Positions 1-10,496 of a stretch of 46,103 nucleotides of DNA are shown here, piece by piece. The stretch is from NCBI GenBank assembly GCA_050287845.1, contig JBNKCR010000049.1, positions 1-46,103 of the forward strand, in the 5' to 3' direction. Both the position numbers and the translations under genes were made by a program. This stretch comes from Polyangia bacterium. GTDB lineage: Bacteria; Myxococcota_A; Polyangia; JAAYKL01. Numbering within the stretch: the first letter of the stretch is position 1; each line of letters begins with the position of its first letter. The notes below the pieces were generated by a model. That model worked only from the letters and a program-made list of their open reading frames with translations, made no database searches and was not told where the DNA came from.

Positions 1-59
1 CCCTTTTTTTTAATTTCACCACCGGTCAGCTTACCGTTGTACCAGTCTCTACAACGCTC

Positions 60-89
60 TTCTGACCGGTAATATATACCCGGTCAGAA
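60..89. promoter_or_regulatory. Perfect 10-bp inverted repeat (TTCTGACCGG-N10-CCGGTCAGAA); possible operator or hairpin
   Basis: Arms at 60-69 and 80-89; a related half-site ACCGGTCAG occurs at 21-29. Function not determinable from sequence. Confidence 0.3.
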
Positions 90-228
90 TAATTCTCCAA
101 TTTCCCGCTCAAACGCGCATCCGCAACGGGGGGATCAACAATAATTTGAAACAGGCGCGAAGGAGCAATCGACGCCTGGATTGAACGCCTGTAACGCTCA
201 GAATGCAGGGCAATCGCGTTCTGCCAAT

Positions 229-302
229 CCGGGAATGCGGAGCTTCAGCTCCTTCCGTCAATATTCAGATTTTTTGCGGAGCTGGAGCTCCGCGTTCCCA
301 GG
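229..302. repeat. REP-like intergenic palindromic pair
   Basis: Left arm CCGGGAATGCGGAGCTTCAGCTCC (229-252) is a near reverse complement of GGAGCTGGAGCTCCGCGTTCCCAGG (278-302); each arm is also internally palindromic, as in REP doublets. Confidence 0.6.
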
Positions 303-556
303 AAAAAAACAGAACTCGACCGCCCTGCGCTCAAAATGCAGCCCCAATTGACACAGGAATGAAGTGTGATATTTTTATGGTAAAATATTGCTTACTGCTC
401 GTGCTGTGACTGATTTAAATCGAAAAGAAGAAAGCCCAGAATGTCTTTTTACACCGATTGTTCTACATTATTTGAACACACTCTACCTGCATTCAAAATT
501 TCCCTTGAAAATTCTACTCGCCAAAGCATTCAGGTTGGTTTACCGGGACGCGTTCT

Positions 557-1678
557 TTGAAACTGGCCTGGATTCACTGGCTTAGAATTCTCGCCGCGGC
601 GGGAGTGGTGCTCATCCACACCTCGGCGGATGCGATGCTCAATATTCCGGACACATCGTCATTGCTGTGGGAAGTGGGCAATTTCTGCAACGCCTGCTGC
701 AGGTGGACGGTACCTGCTTTTGTAATGATTAGCGGATACCTGCTGCTGGAACCTGGAAACGAGAGTGCCGTGCAGTTTTTCCGACGAAGGCTCAAACGAC
801 TGCTGGTTCCAACGGTGGTGGCGGTCGCGCTGTTTTCGGTGTTTACGGTGGCTGAAAGCCTTTTTAGTCCCCGGGCGAGCATGCCCGCAACGTTTCATTT
901 CGACAGCGCACAGATTGTTCCTTTGGCGATTCAGGCCTTTAAAAATGCCGTCACCGGTTTTGCCTACTACCATCTCTGGTATCTCTACATGATTTTGGGG
1001 CTGTTTTTATTAACCCCTCTTTTCAGAAAAATAATTGCCCGACTGACACCCAAAATGCTTGGCGGCGTTTGCGCCCTGCTGTTTGCCGCAATGGTGGCCG
1101 TTGTTTCTTATCTTACTTTCATTAAAAATATGGAATGCGTGTACATCATTAAAAGCAGTTTCTTTTTCACATGGTTTTTGCCGTACGTGGGATACTATTT
1201 TTGCGGCTATTTTCTGCGAATAAAACACGTACGTTTTAACAGATGGCTGCTGATTTCAATTTTCGTTTTATCCATTGCGGCAACGACGGCTCTGGGGCGC
1301 TATTTTGCATCGAATTACAGCTTACAGCTGGGGCTTTATTTTCATTCGTTTATGGGAATCACAGCGCTGCCCGCCACCCTCAGTATTTTTATACTGCTGC
1401 AGCATTTTTCACTCAAAGAAAATCAATTCATTGAAACCGCCGGCAATTTAACCTTTGGCATATATCTGGTTCATCCGGTCTTTTTGTCCATTGTTAAAAT
1501 TATAGGTATGGACCCAACCCTGAACCATTCTGAAATCGGCATTCCCATTCTCGCTATCGGCGTATTCGCCATTTCAGGGGCTGTGGTATACATCTTTCAG
1601 CATTTGAGCCGAAAGCCGGAACAAACGATGGAAGAACGTATGTCTATGCCCGCTGATGAAAGAACATCTCTGTTTTGA
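557..1678 (+). CDS. Acyltransferase-3 family membrane O-acyltransferase (WecH/OafA-like)
   Basis: N-terminal 'WLRILAAAGVVLIH', 'VPAFVMISGYLLL', 'FFRRRLKRLLVP', 'YYHLWYLY', 'TFGIYLVHP'; many hydrophobic helices; TTG start. Confidence 0.85.
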   Translation: MKLAWIHWLRILAAAGVVLIHTSADAMLNIPDTSSLLWEVGNFCNACCRWTVPAFVMISGYLLLEPGNESAVQFFRRRLKRLLVPTVVAVALFSVFTVAESLFSPRASMPATFHFDSAQIVPLAIQAFKNAVTGFAYYHLWYLYMILGLFLLTPLFRKIIARLTPKMLGGVCALLFAAMVAVVSYLTFIKNMECVYIIKSSFFFTWFLPYVGYYFCGYFLRIKHVRFNRWLLISIFVLSIAATTALGRYFASNYSLQLGLYFHSFMGITALPATLSIFILLQHFSLKENQFIETAGNLTFGIYLVHPVFLSIVKIIGMDPTLNHSEIGIPILAIGVFAISGAVVYIFQHLSRKPEQTMEERMSMPADERTSLF

Positions 1679-1999
1679 GATAAACGAAGGCATATCCGTG
1701 CGCAGGTTTTAATTGCTAATCTCCAAGTGCGGCAGCTTCAGCAAACTTTGAGTATGCCTATTGAAAATAGCGCACTCTCGGAGCGAACGGGCCGGCAGAT
1801 ATCCCGGGGTAAGACGTGTGACTTTCACTCCATATATCCGCCCCATATACCTCCGTGGAATTCCGGATGACATACAGGCTTCGGACCATCCGGCGCCCTT
1901 ACCCTTTTTCCACGTCTGCCTCATATGCGATTTGTGTGCCCCGTACCGGAGTTTTGCTTACAGCTTCCTCCCCACGCGCGAAGATTGTATTTTCATATG

Positions 2000-2605
2000 T
2001 CACAACCTGCGGAATTTCCAGAAGTTGCGAGTGACACCGCCTGCTCGGATAAATGTTGCGTAGTCACGCCATAACTGGGCGGCATGTTTTTCCACATTCA
2101 CATGAAGGTCTTCGAGCACCGAGTTGGCCTTGCCGACTTCAATTTTCAGTTCTTCCACCTGTTTCACGACGGGCTCCATGGGATACATCGCCAGGTCGTA
2201 TCGGATGGCGGTTTCGGCCCGCACCTGGGTCAGTCTGGCTCTGGCCAGTGCCATGGCTTTTTCAGCAGCCAGCAGTTGGGCTTCTTCCAATGCCAGTTGC
2301 GCATCCATGTATGCGGCCAGGGAGCCCTCCATTTTTTTCACATCGGCATTTTTCCCCGGCAGAAACACGTCTTCCCTGTTCAGTGTTTTTCGATATTCCT
2401 CAATGCGCGCCAGCTTCGAAGCCGCCATATCCACTCCGGCCTGAGCGATGACCACTTCATCTTCGGCATCTGCCAACCATCTGCGGGCCTCCATGGACAA
2501 TCGGGGGTCTCTCAGACTGAGTCTGGCCACATCAGGAATTTTTTGCGTGGAACAGGCAGCGGACAAAATAATAAACAGTGATATCAACAATTGAATTGGT
2601 TTCAT
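2000..2605 (-). CDS. Predicted helical/coiled-coil lipoprotein; last gene of the Glt-like operon
   Basis: Lipobox 'LSAAC'; Ala/Glu/Leu-rich heptads; ATGA overlap with the upstream gene at 2602-2605. Confidence 0.75.
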   Translation of the reverse strand: MKPIQLLISLFIILSAACSTQKIPDVARLSLRDPRLSMEARRWLADAEDEVVIAQAGVDMAASKLARIEEYRKTLNREDVFLPGKNADVKKMEGSLAAYMDAQLALEEAQLLAAEKAMALARARLTQVRAETAIRYDLAMYPMEPVVKQVEELKIEVGKANSVLEDLHVNVEKHAAQLWRDYATFIRAGGVTRNFWKFRRL

Positions 2606-5600
2606 TTTCCGCCTCCTTTCCGGATAATGTCGCCCTTGATTTCCCCTTTGATTTTTCCATTCAATTCTTTGGCCAAATCCCGCACTCCCAAATCCTCACT
2701 GATAATGGCCAGGTTCTTGATGGCCGCGACAGATTGGGCATCCATAGCACGTTTAAAGGCATCCAGCGCACCCATCAGGTCGCCGGACTGATAACACGCA
2801 ATGCCCAGTCGATTCAGGTCTTCCGCATCGCCGCCAGCTTCGATGGTTCTCGCCAGAACGAGCCTCGCCGCATGAGTGTCTCCGGCATTCAGGAACGATT
2901 TTCCCATAAATCGAAGGGCTTCCAGATCCTCAGGATTTCGCGACAGTCGCTCCTGGTAGGGTTCGGCCCCCTTCAGTTTTCCTTTGGCGCCCCTGGGTTT
3001 CAGCGGAAGGAGACTCACCGGATCTTTTGTGGGCGGGTTACCTTCGATACAGGCACGACCCGCAGCATCCAGTAAAAAGGTATTGCGGGCCCGCTGTGCA
3101 CACTCCTTCAACACTTCTTTGCTGTCCAAACGCAGTTGCTGTGCACGGGCAGAAAGCGCCTGCTGGACCATGCTGCGTTCCTCGTCACTCAGTTCCGCCG
3201 GCAGTTTTACGGTTTCGAGTTTCTGCGCACCCAATTCCGTTGCCCGCGCCAGTCGCGCCAGCGCCGCCTGAGAATACACCGGATCCACCTGACGAACCGC
3301 CGCCAGATATGATTGAACGGTGACATCAATGACGCCAATCAGCTCTTCAATCATTCCAATTTCTTCGATGTCGCCGAAATCTTCCAGCATCTTCAGGTTG
3401 ATTTCCGCCATCCCGTAATTGCTTCGTGCCTGGGCCTGAGGACTCGCATCCACTGCCCCTTCCACCACTTTCCGGAACTGATCTTCGGCATCGTAGTTTT
3501 CGCCTTTTTTCAGCAGCGCCAGACCCAGACGACTGGACAGTTCCGCGTCGAGAATCGACTCATGACTGGCCACTTCCCGAATCACATCATCTGGCTTACC
3601 CCGCTTTTCGAGCAAATCCACCACGTGCACCAGCGCTGTCACCGCTGCCGGACCTTCCTTGCTGGCACTGAGGGCAGTCCGATAATTCGACAGCGCGCCA
3701 TCCGGATCGGCCAGCTGTTCCCGCAGCTCACCAGCCGCAATCAGCAATGATGCCTTCTGCTCCTGGTCGATGGCAGCCGCCTGTTCCATATATTTGATGG
3801 CCCGGTCAAATTCAAATCGCGCAGCTGCCGCACGTCCCATGGTGCTCACAACCCCGCCCGCCTGCTCCGATTTGGGAAATTGTTTCAGGACTTTTTCCCC
3901 CAGTTCATACAATTGAGTGATATTCCCCGCAGCCCGAGCAGCCACGAACGCACTCAACACCGCCCGTTCGCCGAGATCGCTGTCTTTGTAGCGGTCAGCA
4001 AACGACAGCAATGTTTCGATGCCGCCCACCTGATCGCCGGACGCCGCCAGACTCAACTCGTCCAGCCGGTTCTGCTCCGCAGCTGCCACAATGGGTTGAA
4101 TCCGGGCTTTCAACTCGGCGCTTGCCGGACTGTCCCTGGCCAGAAACCGATGGCCGATATTTACCAGTCCGCTGATATCATTGATGGTCACATATGAATC
4201 CAGCACCATGTGCACCGCCGCTTCGCCCTGGGGGGTCTGCGGAAACTCATAGGCAACCGCCGTGAGCAGATCAATGGCGTTGAAGTAACTGCCCTCGTCG
4301 TAATACGACTGAGCAATGGCAAACTTGATTTTACGATCTTTTTCGCCGGAGGGTTTGGCTTCGGTCAGATACAGTCCGCCTGCCGCCCGCAGTCCCGCAC
4401 GCGCCGCAGCCCGCTCGAAATGACTCCGGGACATCACCTGGTCCAGAGACTTCTGATACGCCACCACCGCATTGTACAGCGCCTCAATCCTTTCTTTTTT
4501 CCGGGCTTTGGCCAGCGCTTCCTTGTCTATCGGTTTGGCTTTCTTTTCTTCTTTCTTCCCCTTCTCATCGGGTTTCTTTTCCGCCGGTTCCGGCAATGCT
4601 TCCGGTTCGGGCGGCGGCTTGCTCAGCATCTCGGCCACGTCGCGATATCGGCGCCCGGCTTCGAGAAAGGCGCCTTCTTCCATCAGCACATCGGCATAGT
4701 TCTGCATCACTTCCACAGCAGCCGAAGACCGGGGAAACGAATTCAGATACCATCGATACCCCAGAGCCGTCTGTTCAAAGGTAGCAGGGGTGTCAGTCCA
4801 TTTGGATTTCTGTTTTCCACCGGAAAGCAGTACCTCATGGGATTTGGTGGCAAGGTCTCTGGCGATGAGTTCCATTTCATTGGTGACCAGTTTGGCATTG
4901 GCGTCCGTCAAATCCGGCGCCATTAATCGACGATGCATCACCCGCAGTACCAGATAAACATCTTCTCCCACTTCTGAGTAGTCTTTCATCCGGGTCACCG
5001 CGGTGTGCAGCATGCGCGCATCGTCCAGACGCTCTTCATCGTCCGGTGCGAGGCGCAGCAGTTCCCGGGTCACATCGGCGGCCCCGCGCGGCTGTTCAAT
5101 AAGCGCGTATCGGTTGGCCATTTTTCCAAGGGCGGCCACATAGGCTTCCCTGGACGATGCCAGATTCCGGAGATACGACACCGCTTTTTCCGGTTTGCGT
5201 TCCTGCGCGTAGCAGAAAGTCAGGTCCACCAGGGCCTCCCGTTGCACATTGACGGTCTTATGACCGGCGAACTCCGGCTCTGCATTTTCGTCGTCTTCGG
5301 GAATGGCAAAGTCGCCTTGAAGCCGCATCTGTACTTTCTTTTTCAGCAGTTTCTCAGGCTGTTGTACGACTCTGCTGGTAACAATGGCATCTTCAAAATG
5401 TTTCAACGCCATTTTGCAATCACCAAGGTTCACACCGACCCAGCCCAATTTGTAATGGGCCAACCCCTGGAGCAAATCGCTTTTCCTTGTGACAATTTTC
5501 TCCAGATTGCTTTTGGCCTGTTCAAATTCCATTTTGTCGAAGTAGTAATCGCCAAGCACCAGCAGTGCCTCGCTTCTGTAGGGACTGTCCGGATATTTCT

Positions 5601-6105
5601 CAATCAGCGCCTCAAGGGTGGCTTTCATCTCATCAAACATTCCCAGTTCCCGCTGTTCATGGCTGATATTGAACATGATTCGGTCACCGAGATGGGTATC
5701 CGGATATCGATCGAGTATCATCCTGTAGGTATTGATTGCCTGTTCTTTTAAAAATCTCACCTGAGGAACATGAAGCGACCTGGTGCTCCGCTGCTCCCGT
5801 TCGTATGCCACCATGTAATGATATCGCGCTTCTTCACTCAGCAGTTCGGCCAGCCGCATATGCAGCTCCGGGAGATAGACCGCCCCCCGGGAAGACGCTA
5901 TCACGTCGCGGGTTTCCTGGGCCGCATGCCTCACTTTGGTAATGCGCAGCCGCAGCTGTTCCACCACCAACTGATCGCGAATCACCTGATTTTCCCGCGT
6001 GCAGCCAACCAGACTCAGAATCACCACCAGACCCATCAACCCCATCAGACCCAACGGCGCCCGGCTGCGCGAATTCGATTTGAGATTCGGTATTAATCGA
6101 TACAT
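2602..6105 (-). CDS. Large TPR lipoprotein, GltD/AgmU-like (possibly with a GltE-like C-terminal TPR region)
   Basis: 1167 aa; lipobox 'LVGC'; multiple TPRs ('LIEKYPDSPYRSEALLVLGDYYF', 'AHYKLGWVGVNLGD', 'FAIAQSYYDEG'); position in a Glt-like cluster. Confidence 0.75.
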   Translation of the reverse strand: MYRLIPNLKSNSRSRAPLGLMGLMGLVVILSLVGCTRENQVIRDQLVVEQLRLRITKVRHAAQETRDVIASSRGAVYLPELHMRLAELLSEEARYHYMVAYEREQRSTRSLHVPQVRFLKEQAINTYRMILDRYPDTHLGDRIMFNISHEQRELGMFDEMKATLEALIEKYPDSPYRSEALLVLGDYYFDKMEFEQAKSNLEKIVTRKSDLLQGLAHYKLGWVGVNLGDCKMALKHFEDAIVTSRVVQQPEKLLKKKVQMRLQGDFAIPEDDENAEPEFAGHKTVNVQREALVDLTFCYAQERKPEKAVSYLRNLASSREAYVAALGKMANRYALIEQPRGAADVTRELLRLAPDDEERLDDARMLHTAVTRMKDYSEVGEDVYLVLRVMHRRLMAPDLTDANAKLVTNEMELIARDLATKSHEVLLSGGKQKSKWTDTPATFEQTALGYRWYLNSFPRSSAAVEVMQNYADVLMEEGAFLEAGRRYRDVAEMLSKPPPEPEALPEPAEKKPDEKGKKEEKKAKPIDKEALAKARKKERIEALYNAVVAYQKSLDQVMSRSHFERAAARAGLRAAGGLYLTEAKPSGEKDRKIKFAIAQSYYDEGSYFNAIDLLTAVAYEFPQTPQGEAAVHMVLDSYVTINDISGLVNIGHRFLARDSPASAELKARIQPIVAAAEQNRLDELSLAASGDQVGGIETLLSFADRYKDSDLGERAVLSAFVAARAAGNITQLYELGEKVLKQFPKSEQAGGVVSTMGRAAAARFEFDRAIKYMEQAAAIDQEQKASLLIAAGELREQLADPDGALSNYRTALSASKEGPAAVTALVHVVDLLEKRGKPDDVIREVASHESILDAELSSRLGLALLKKGENYDAEDQFRKVVEGAVDASPQAQARSNYGMAEINLKMLEDFGDIEEIGMIEELIGVIDVTVQSYLAAVRQVDPVYSQAALARLARATELGAQKLETVKLPAELSDEERSMVQQALSARAQQLRLDSKEVLKECAQRARNTFLLDAAGRACIEGNPPTKDPVSLLPLKPRGAKGKLKGAEPYQERLSRNPEDLEALRFMGKSFLNAGDTHAARLVLARTIEAGGDAEDLNRLGIACYQSGDLMGALDAFKRAMDAQSVAAIKNLAIISEDLGVRDLAKELNGKIKGEIKGDIIRKGGGK

Positions 6106-7556
6106 CTGTCCTCCGCTACAACCAACAGGTCATCCAGCTCATCGGTCCAATACTCCTTATTGAAAGAGTAGAATACCTTTGAACCCGTCTTTGGAATTTC
6201 AAACGCCGGCTTCTCGTCCGCCCCCTGAGGGCGTCTGCGGCCCCGGAGCAGAGACACACCCAACTCGTGAATGATAAGCCTCACGCCTTCCTGAGACGCC
6301 AGCAGTTCCTCCGCCAATTGATTCAAATCGTCTTCGAGTCGAGCGTTCAGACTGGTTTCCGCCGTTTCGACACCCCGGGTGTACAGACTGTTGAGATATT
6401 TATACAGATCCTCGCCCAGGTCCTCGCGAAGATAATCCAGAATCTCTTTTTCACGGCGAAGACTTTCGAGAAAAAGTACCTCGTTTTTCGACCCGGTCAG
6501 GTATCTCGCCGATTTTCGCAGCTCTTCAATGTCCACCGGTAATACGCCTTCGGAAAGTTGACGAAGCGAAGCACTGTACCGTCGTTCCAGTTTCACCGCT
6601 GCGGCCCGTGCGGCGCCGAACTGACACAGCCGTCTCAATGCCAATGCTTCCAGCAGATAGCGTTCCGGCGAAATATGTCTTCGATGCACCGGTGCATCCA
6701 ATGCCACCAGCAACCCCAATGTTTTGCGGGAATCCCCCAGATAGAAATGCGTCCACGCGGATTCAATCAGAATATCGGGATCATTGGGCGCCAGCTCCCG
6801 AATCATATCAAAATGAAACAACGCATCTTCATATCGCTTTTCTTCAAACGCCAGTCTGGCAAGGGTTCGATGTACATTGGTTCGGGTTTTTCTGGACAAC
6901 TCCTTATGTTTGAGCATTTCCTTCAATCGTTTAATGGCCCGCGTATAATCGCCGTCCACCACAAGGCGCACGATGCGCACATATTCAGCTTCGTAAAAAT
7001 AAGGGTCCGTATCCGGAATCTGCTCAAAATTCTTCTCCGCCCACTCGATGGACCCGCGGCGCACCATATCGAGACCCTGGTAATAATTGACGAATGACCG
7101 CACATCTCTGGGCAGTTCGCTGAAGGTTTCAGCGGCAATGAATCCTGTCACAATCAGGTCCTCACTGTACGGACTGTTCTCCACAATCCGTTTGAGCCCG
7201 TAAAGGGCTTCGGGAACCACTTCCATGTTCCTGCGGGTCATGGCGATTTGCCGGTACAACATGGCCGCGATGAAGGTCATACCCAGATTCTCCGAGGCCG
7301 ACGCCACGAGCTTCAGACCGCGGTCATAGCGGGGATCGTCCGGGTCTGCGTTATTCACAAATGTCCAGGCCGCCTTTGCACCATCGGAATAGGACTTATC
7401 CTGAACCGCTTCCACCGCCACAGAAAAAGCGTCGTCCTTTTTGATTGGCCGTGCGGCACAGGCGATGGTGAAACCCAGTGCACCGAACAGTGTCAGGCGC
7501 AGGAGATACCTGATGGCAGACCGAGGCAGTGTATGTTTACGTATCGGTGACATCAT
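6093..7556 (-). CDS. TPR lipoprotein, GltC-like
   Basis: Lipobox 'TIAC'; 'LARLAFEEKRYEDAL', 'ESAWTHF..G..LGLLVALDAP', 'PERYLLEAL..LCQF' and a C-terminal 'YSFNKEYWTDELD...C' characteristic of GltC-family proteins. Confidence 0.75.
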   Translation of the reverse strand: MMSPIRKHTLPRSAIRYLLRLTLFGALGFTIACAARPIKKDDAFSVAVEAVQDKSYSDGAKAAWTFVNNADPDDPRYDRGLKLVASASENLGMTFIAAMLYRQIAMTRRNMEVVPEALYGLKRIVENSPYSEDLIVTGFIAAETFSELPRDVRSFVNYYQGLDMVRRGSIEWAEKNFEQIPDTDPYFYEAEYVRIVRLVVDGDYTRAIKRLKEMLKHKELSRKTRTNVHRTLARLAFEEKRYEDALFHFDMIRELAPNDPDILIESAWTHFYLGDSRKTLGLLVALDAPVHRRHISPERYLLEALALRRLCQFGAARAAAVKLERRYSASLRQLSEGVLPVDIEELRKSARYLTGSKNEVLFLESLRREKEILDYLREDLGEDLYKYLNSLYTRGVETAETSLNARLEDDLNQLAEELLASQEGVRLIIHELGVSLLRGRRRPQGADEKPAFEIPKTGSKVFYSFNKEYWTDELDDLLVVAEDRCID

Positions 7557-7565
7557 TCATCTCTC

Positions 7566-8186
7566 CTATTTGAACCCGACGGATGCACCCAGGGCCACCC
7601 AGAGTTCATTCTGAATATCGTCCTTGTTCAGGAACATGTAGTTTCGAACATCGAGACGTACTGAGAAGTATTTTCCGATATACACCCTGGCGCCGGCACC
7701 ATAATTGGCTACCGGTCTTTTGGTAATGGTCATTTTTCCAAAACCGCCTCCAGCCAGCAGAAACAGCTCTCCAAACACCACATGGCTGTTAAGAACCGCC
7801 ATCTTCATATAGATGGGCTTGAACAGAAAAGACGACGTTCCATAATACTTCACCCATTCAAAGGGCGTATGAGTAGCCGGGGTCGTCAGATTTTCGAGAT
7901 CCTCATTCAACTCGGTTTCAATCACATACGAGTAGGTGAACTGGCCCACTTCCCAGGCGAGCACATCGTTGAAATGCAGGGTATACGCACCCGTGAACGT
8001 AAGCCCCTTTTTGAACGCGTCCAACGGCAGGGCGCCCACCCATCCGGTGAATTCGTGCCTGAGGCTGTACAATCGGTTTTGCACTGCCAGGGTTGATAAA
8101 TCCCGACTCTCCGTTTCGGCTGCGCGGACGGTCAGCCCCGACGCCACAACGGATATCACAAACAATGCAGACAAAATTGGTTTCAT
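7566..8186 (-). CDS. Outer-membrane beta-barrel protein, GltA/GltB/GltH family
   Basis: Signal peptide; 'AVQNRLYSLRHEF', 'PLDAFKKG', 'PIYMKMAV'; amphipathic strands; near-terminal aromatic residue (VGFK). Confidence 0.8.
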   Translation of the reverse strand: MKPILSALFVISVVASGLTVRAAETESRDLSTLAVQNRLYSLRHEFTGWVGALPLDAFKKGLTFTGAYTLHFNDVLAWEVGQFTYSYVIETELNEDLENLTTPATHTPFEWVKYYGTSSFLFKPIYMKMAVLNSHVVFGELFLLAGGGFGKMTITKRPVANYGAGARVYIGKYFSVRLDVRNYMFLNKDDIQNELWVALGASVGFK

Positions 8187-8201
8187 CAAATCGCCCTTTC
8201 T

Positions 8202-10496
8202 TTACGAAGACACGCTTCTAAACAGGAACGGATAAGTAATTATCACTTCACCGCCTTTGGGACGCGGGAACTTCCACTTCTTTATTTTTGTACTGATACA
8301 TGAAGATACATCCGAATTGCCAAGGGTCGATGACCGGACCCGAACACCGGAAACCCGTCCATCTTTTTTCACCGTCCAGTCGAACACGATTCGCCCACTC
8401 AACCCCGGGTTGCGAAGCAGGGCTTTTTCATAGCAGGCCTGCACCGCATGAATATTTGAATTGACCACCCGGCTAATATCTTCCTTGCTCAAACTCCCTT
8501 TCACTCTCGCACCCGACGACATCCGGGTGACTTTACCGCGAATTTTTCCACTGGGTTTGGCGCGGGTCAGTTCGGCGACCTTTGACCCTTTCCCCGCCAC
8601 CTGTTCCCCGCTCAACGTGGAAATCGCGCCGCCGCCACCTTCCCGGGCCACATTCACGTCGCCTCCCGGCAGGCTGGCAATAGCGCCTGCAATGTTGTAT
8701 GCTGCAGAGCCACTGCCCACTCCGACGGCATCGATATTCGACACCAGGTCTTTGATGTTGTTGGTCTTACCCGCTTTGCCGCTACCCCGGCTCAACACAC
8801 TCAGGAGACTGCTCACCGATGACGACGGCGTGGCCTTGTTGGCCCGTTCCCGAATCCGCGTCACTGCGCGATTCGAAACCTTGGGCGCCCGTTCCGCCAT
8901 TGCAGTGGCGTCTTTCTCGACGGCTTTGGGTTCTGGCTTCTGCTCCTCCTCTTTTTTGAATTCGGGCTTTTCCATCTCCACCACCGCGAATTCCTGCTCA
9001 TCCTCAATTTCCTTCTGCGTCCGCTCCTCGGGAAACACGGCAAACGCCAGCAGACCCACAGTGATATGCAGCACAATGGCGCCACCCAGGATGGCAAATA
9101 CCGAGTTCTTAAATCCGATGGAACTGCTCAATGGCGCCACCGGGGGATGATACACATCGATTCGATAGGTTCCCCCTTTTCCCGCCAGCAATGCAGAATC
9201 CCCCGCCTTAAGGACCAGGGTCACCCGTCCGTGTCTGCCCGTCAGTGTGCTCAAATCAACATTGTTCCCATTTTTCACCGCCTGACGGAGGATACCCACA
9301 TCCACCTGCAGCTCTATAGCGGCACCCTTTGAGGTACATCGCAAATCATCAAATGCGGCGCGATACTTGCGACCGGGACGCACATACTCCATTTCCGCCA
9401 CCCGATCATTGGAAATACGCACCACATCCGCACCGCAGAAAGACTCCAGTGGCAAATCGGCTTTTTTGTCCACCTCAACGGGCTGACCGGACAGGGCGAT
9501 ATTCAAATCGAAAGGCTCACGGAAGGCAAACTCATCATCTTCCGGATCATCTTCGTCATCGAAAAAATAGTCATCCGCACTGAAGTCAAAAGGCACAAAT
9601 TCCGCCGTATCTTCCTCTTTCTTCGGCAATGTGACAGCTTTTGCCGGCGTTGCTTTCTGAACTTCCTTTGACGCTGGGGTCTCCATCTCGGAAGCCGGCT
9701 CCGGCAATTCAAAGTCCATATCACTGATATCAATACTCAGCGACTCCGACGGTTCACCGCGATTCGCTGATGCCGTTGCGGTTTTCTCCGTTTCATACGG
9801 TTTGGTTTTTATCGGAATACTCGCCTTGGGCGGGGCAGTGCCTTCCACCTGTACGCTTTCCGTCGGCCTTTGACTCTGTGGCCGGACCGGGGGAATTGTA
9901 GTACGCCGATCTGGCATCCCGGAGGGCCGTACGCCCATCAACGGTTTGACCACCCCCGACCGGGCGGATGCGTCAGATTGATATGCCAGCGTTTCATCCC
10001 GTTGAACCCGACCCTTCTGTTCCCTCTGTCGTTCCGGAGCAACCTTTCCGTTCTGTTCGCCGGACACCGGTTGCGGACTCTCCTCCGGTTTTTGGGGCGT
10101 CGCCATTTCACCGCCATGAAATGCCTTCGCTGCCGGGGCCCGACTCTGCCTTCCCGACTCGGGAACAATGGAGTCTCCGGCGACAATCAGCTCAACACTG
10201 AAAGCCATCCTGCCAATCTTCACAACGTCGTCGGGTTCCACCACACCGAAGTCAACACTTTCTCCATTCAAAAGCACTGCTGCCCCGGATTCGGGAATCA
10301 CCGTCACTTCGTTTTCTTCCTGGTAAAGAGTGGCGTGCATGGGCATCAGCGACTTGTCTCCAGCCAGCTTCAGTGTGCATTCCGGAGCGGAGCCAATGGT
10401 CACCGATTCCGAAGCAATCCTGTATGTGCGAATCACCCGCGTGCCACGCAGCAGCTTTATTCGAAACACCCTGTTTCCATTCCCGGACAATGTCAC
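8202..10496 (-). CDS. GltG/PglI-like protein: FHA-like domain, disordered linker, TM helix, TonB C-terminal domain
   Basis: N-terminal 'VTIGSAPECTLKL...HATL...LLNGESV...DVVKIG'; TM 'GGAIVLHITVGLL' with TonB-type His; C-terminal 'ISRVVNSNIHAVQACYEKALLRNPGLSGRIVFDWTV...WKFPRPKGGEVIITYPFLF'; GTGA overlap with upstream gene. Confidence 0.85.
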   Translation of the reverse strand: MTLSGNGNRVFRIKLLRGTRVIRTYRIASESVTIGSAPECTLKLAGDKSLMPMHATLYQEENEVTVIPESGAAVLLNGESVDFGVVEPDDVVKIGRMAFSVELIVAGDSIVPESGRQSRAPAAKAFHGGEMATPQKPEESPQPVSGEQNGKVAPERQREQKGRVQRDETLAYQSDASARSGVVKPLMGVRPSGMPDRRTTIPPVRPQSQRPTESVQVEGTAPPKASIPIKTKPYETEKTATASANRGEPSESLSIDISDMDFELPEPASEMETPASKEVQKATPAKAVTLPKKEEDTAEFVPFDFSADDYFFDDEDDPEDDEFAFREPFDLNIALSGQPVEVDKKADLPLESFCGADVVRISNDRVAEMEYVRPGRKYRAAFDDLRCTSKGAAIELQVDVGILRQAVKNGNNVDLSTLTGRHGRVTLVLKAGDSALLAGKGGTYRIDVYHPPVAPLSSSIGFKNSVFAILGGAIVLHITVGLLAFAVFPEERTQKEIEDEQEFAVVEMEKPEFKKEEEQKPEPKAVEKDATAMAERAPKVSNRAVTRIRERANKATPSSSVSSLLSVLSRGSGKAGKTNNIKDLVSNIDAVGVGSGSAAYNIAGAIASLPGGDVNVAREGGGGAISTLSGEQVAGKGSKVAELTRAKPSGKIRGKVTRMSSGARVKGSLSKEDISRVVNSNIHAVQACYEKALLRNPGLSGRIVFDWTVKKDGRVSGVRVRSSTLGNSDVSSCISTKIKKWKFPRPKGGEVIITYPFLFRSVSS

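Noticed and set aside
1709..1990. Small ORFs or a MITE between the acyltransferase and the operon end
   Set aside because: Only weak partial palindromes; no clear terminal repeats or coding signal.
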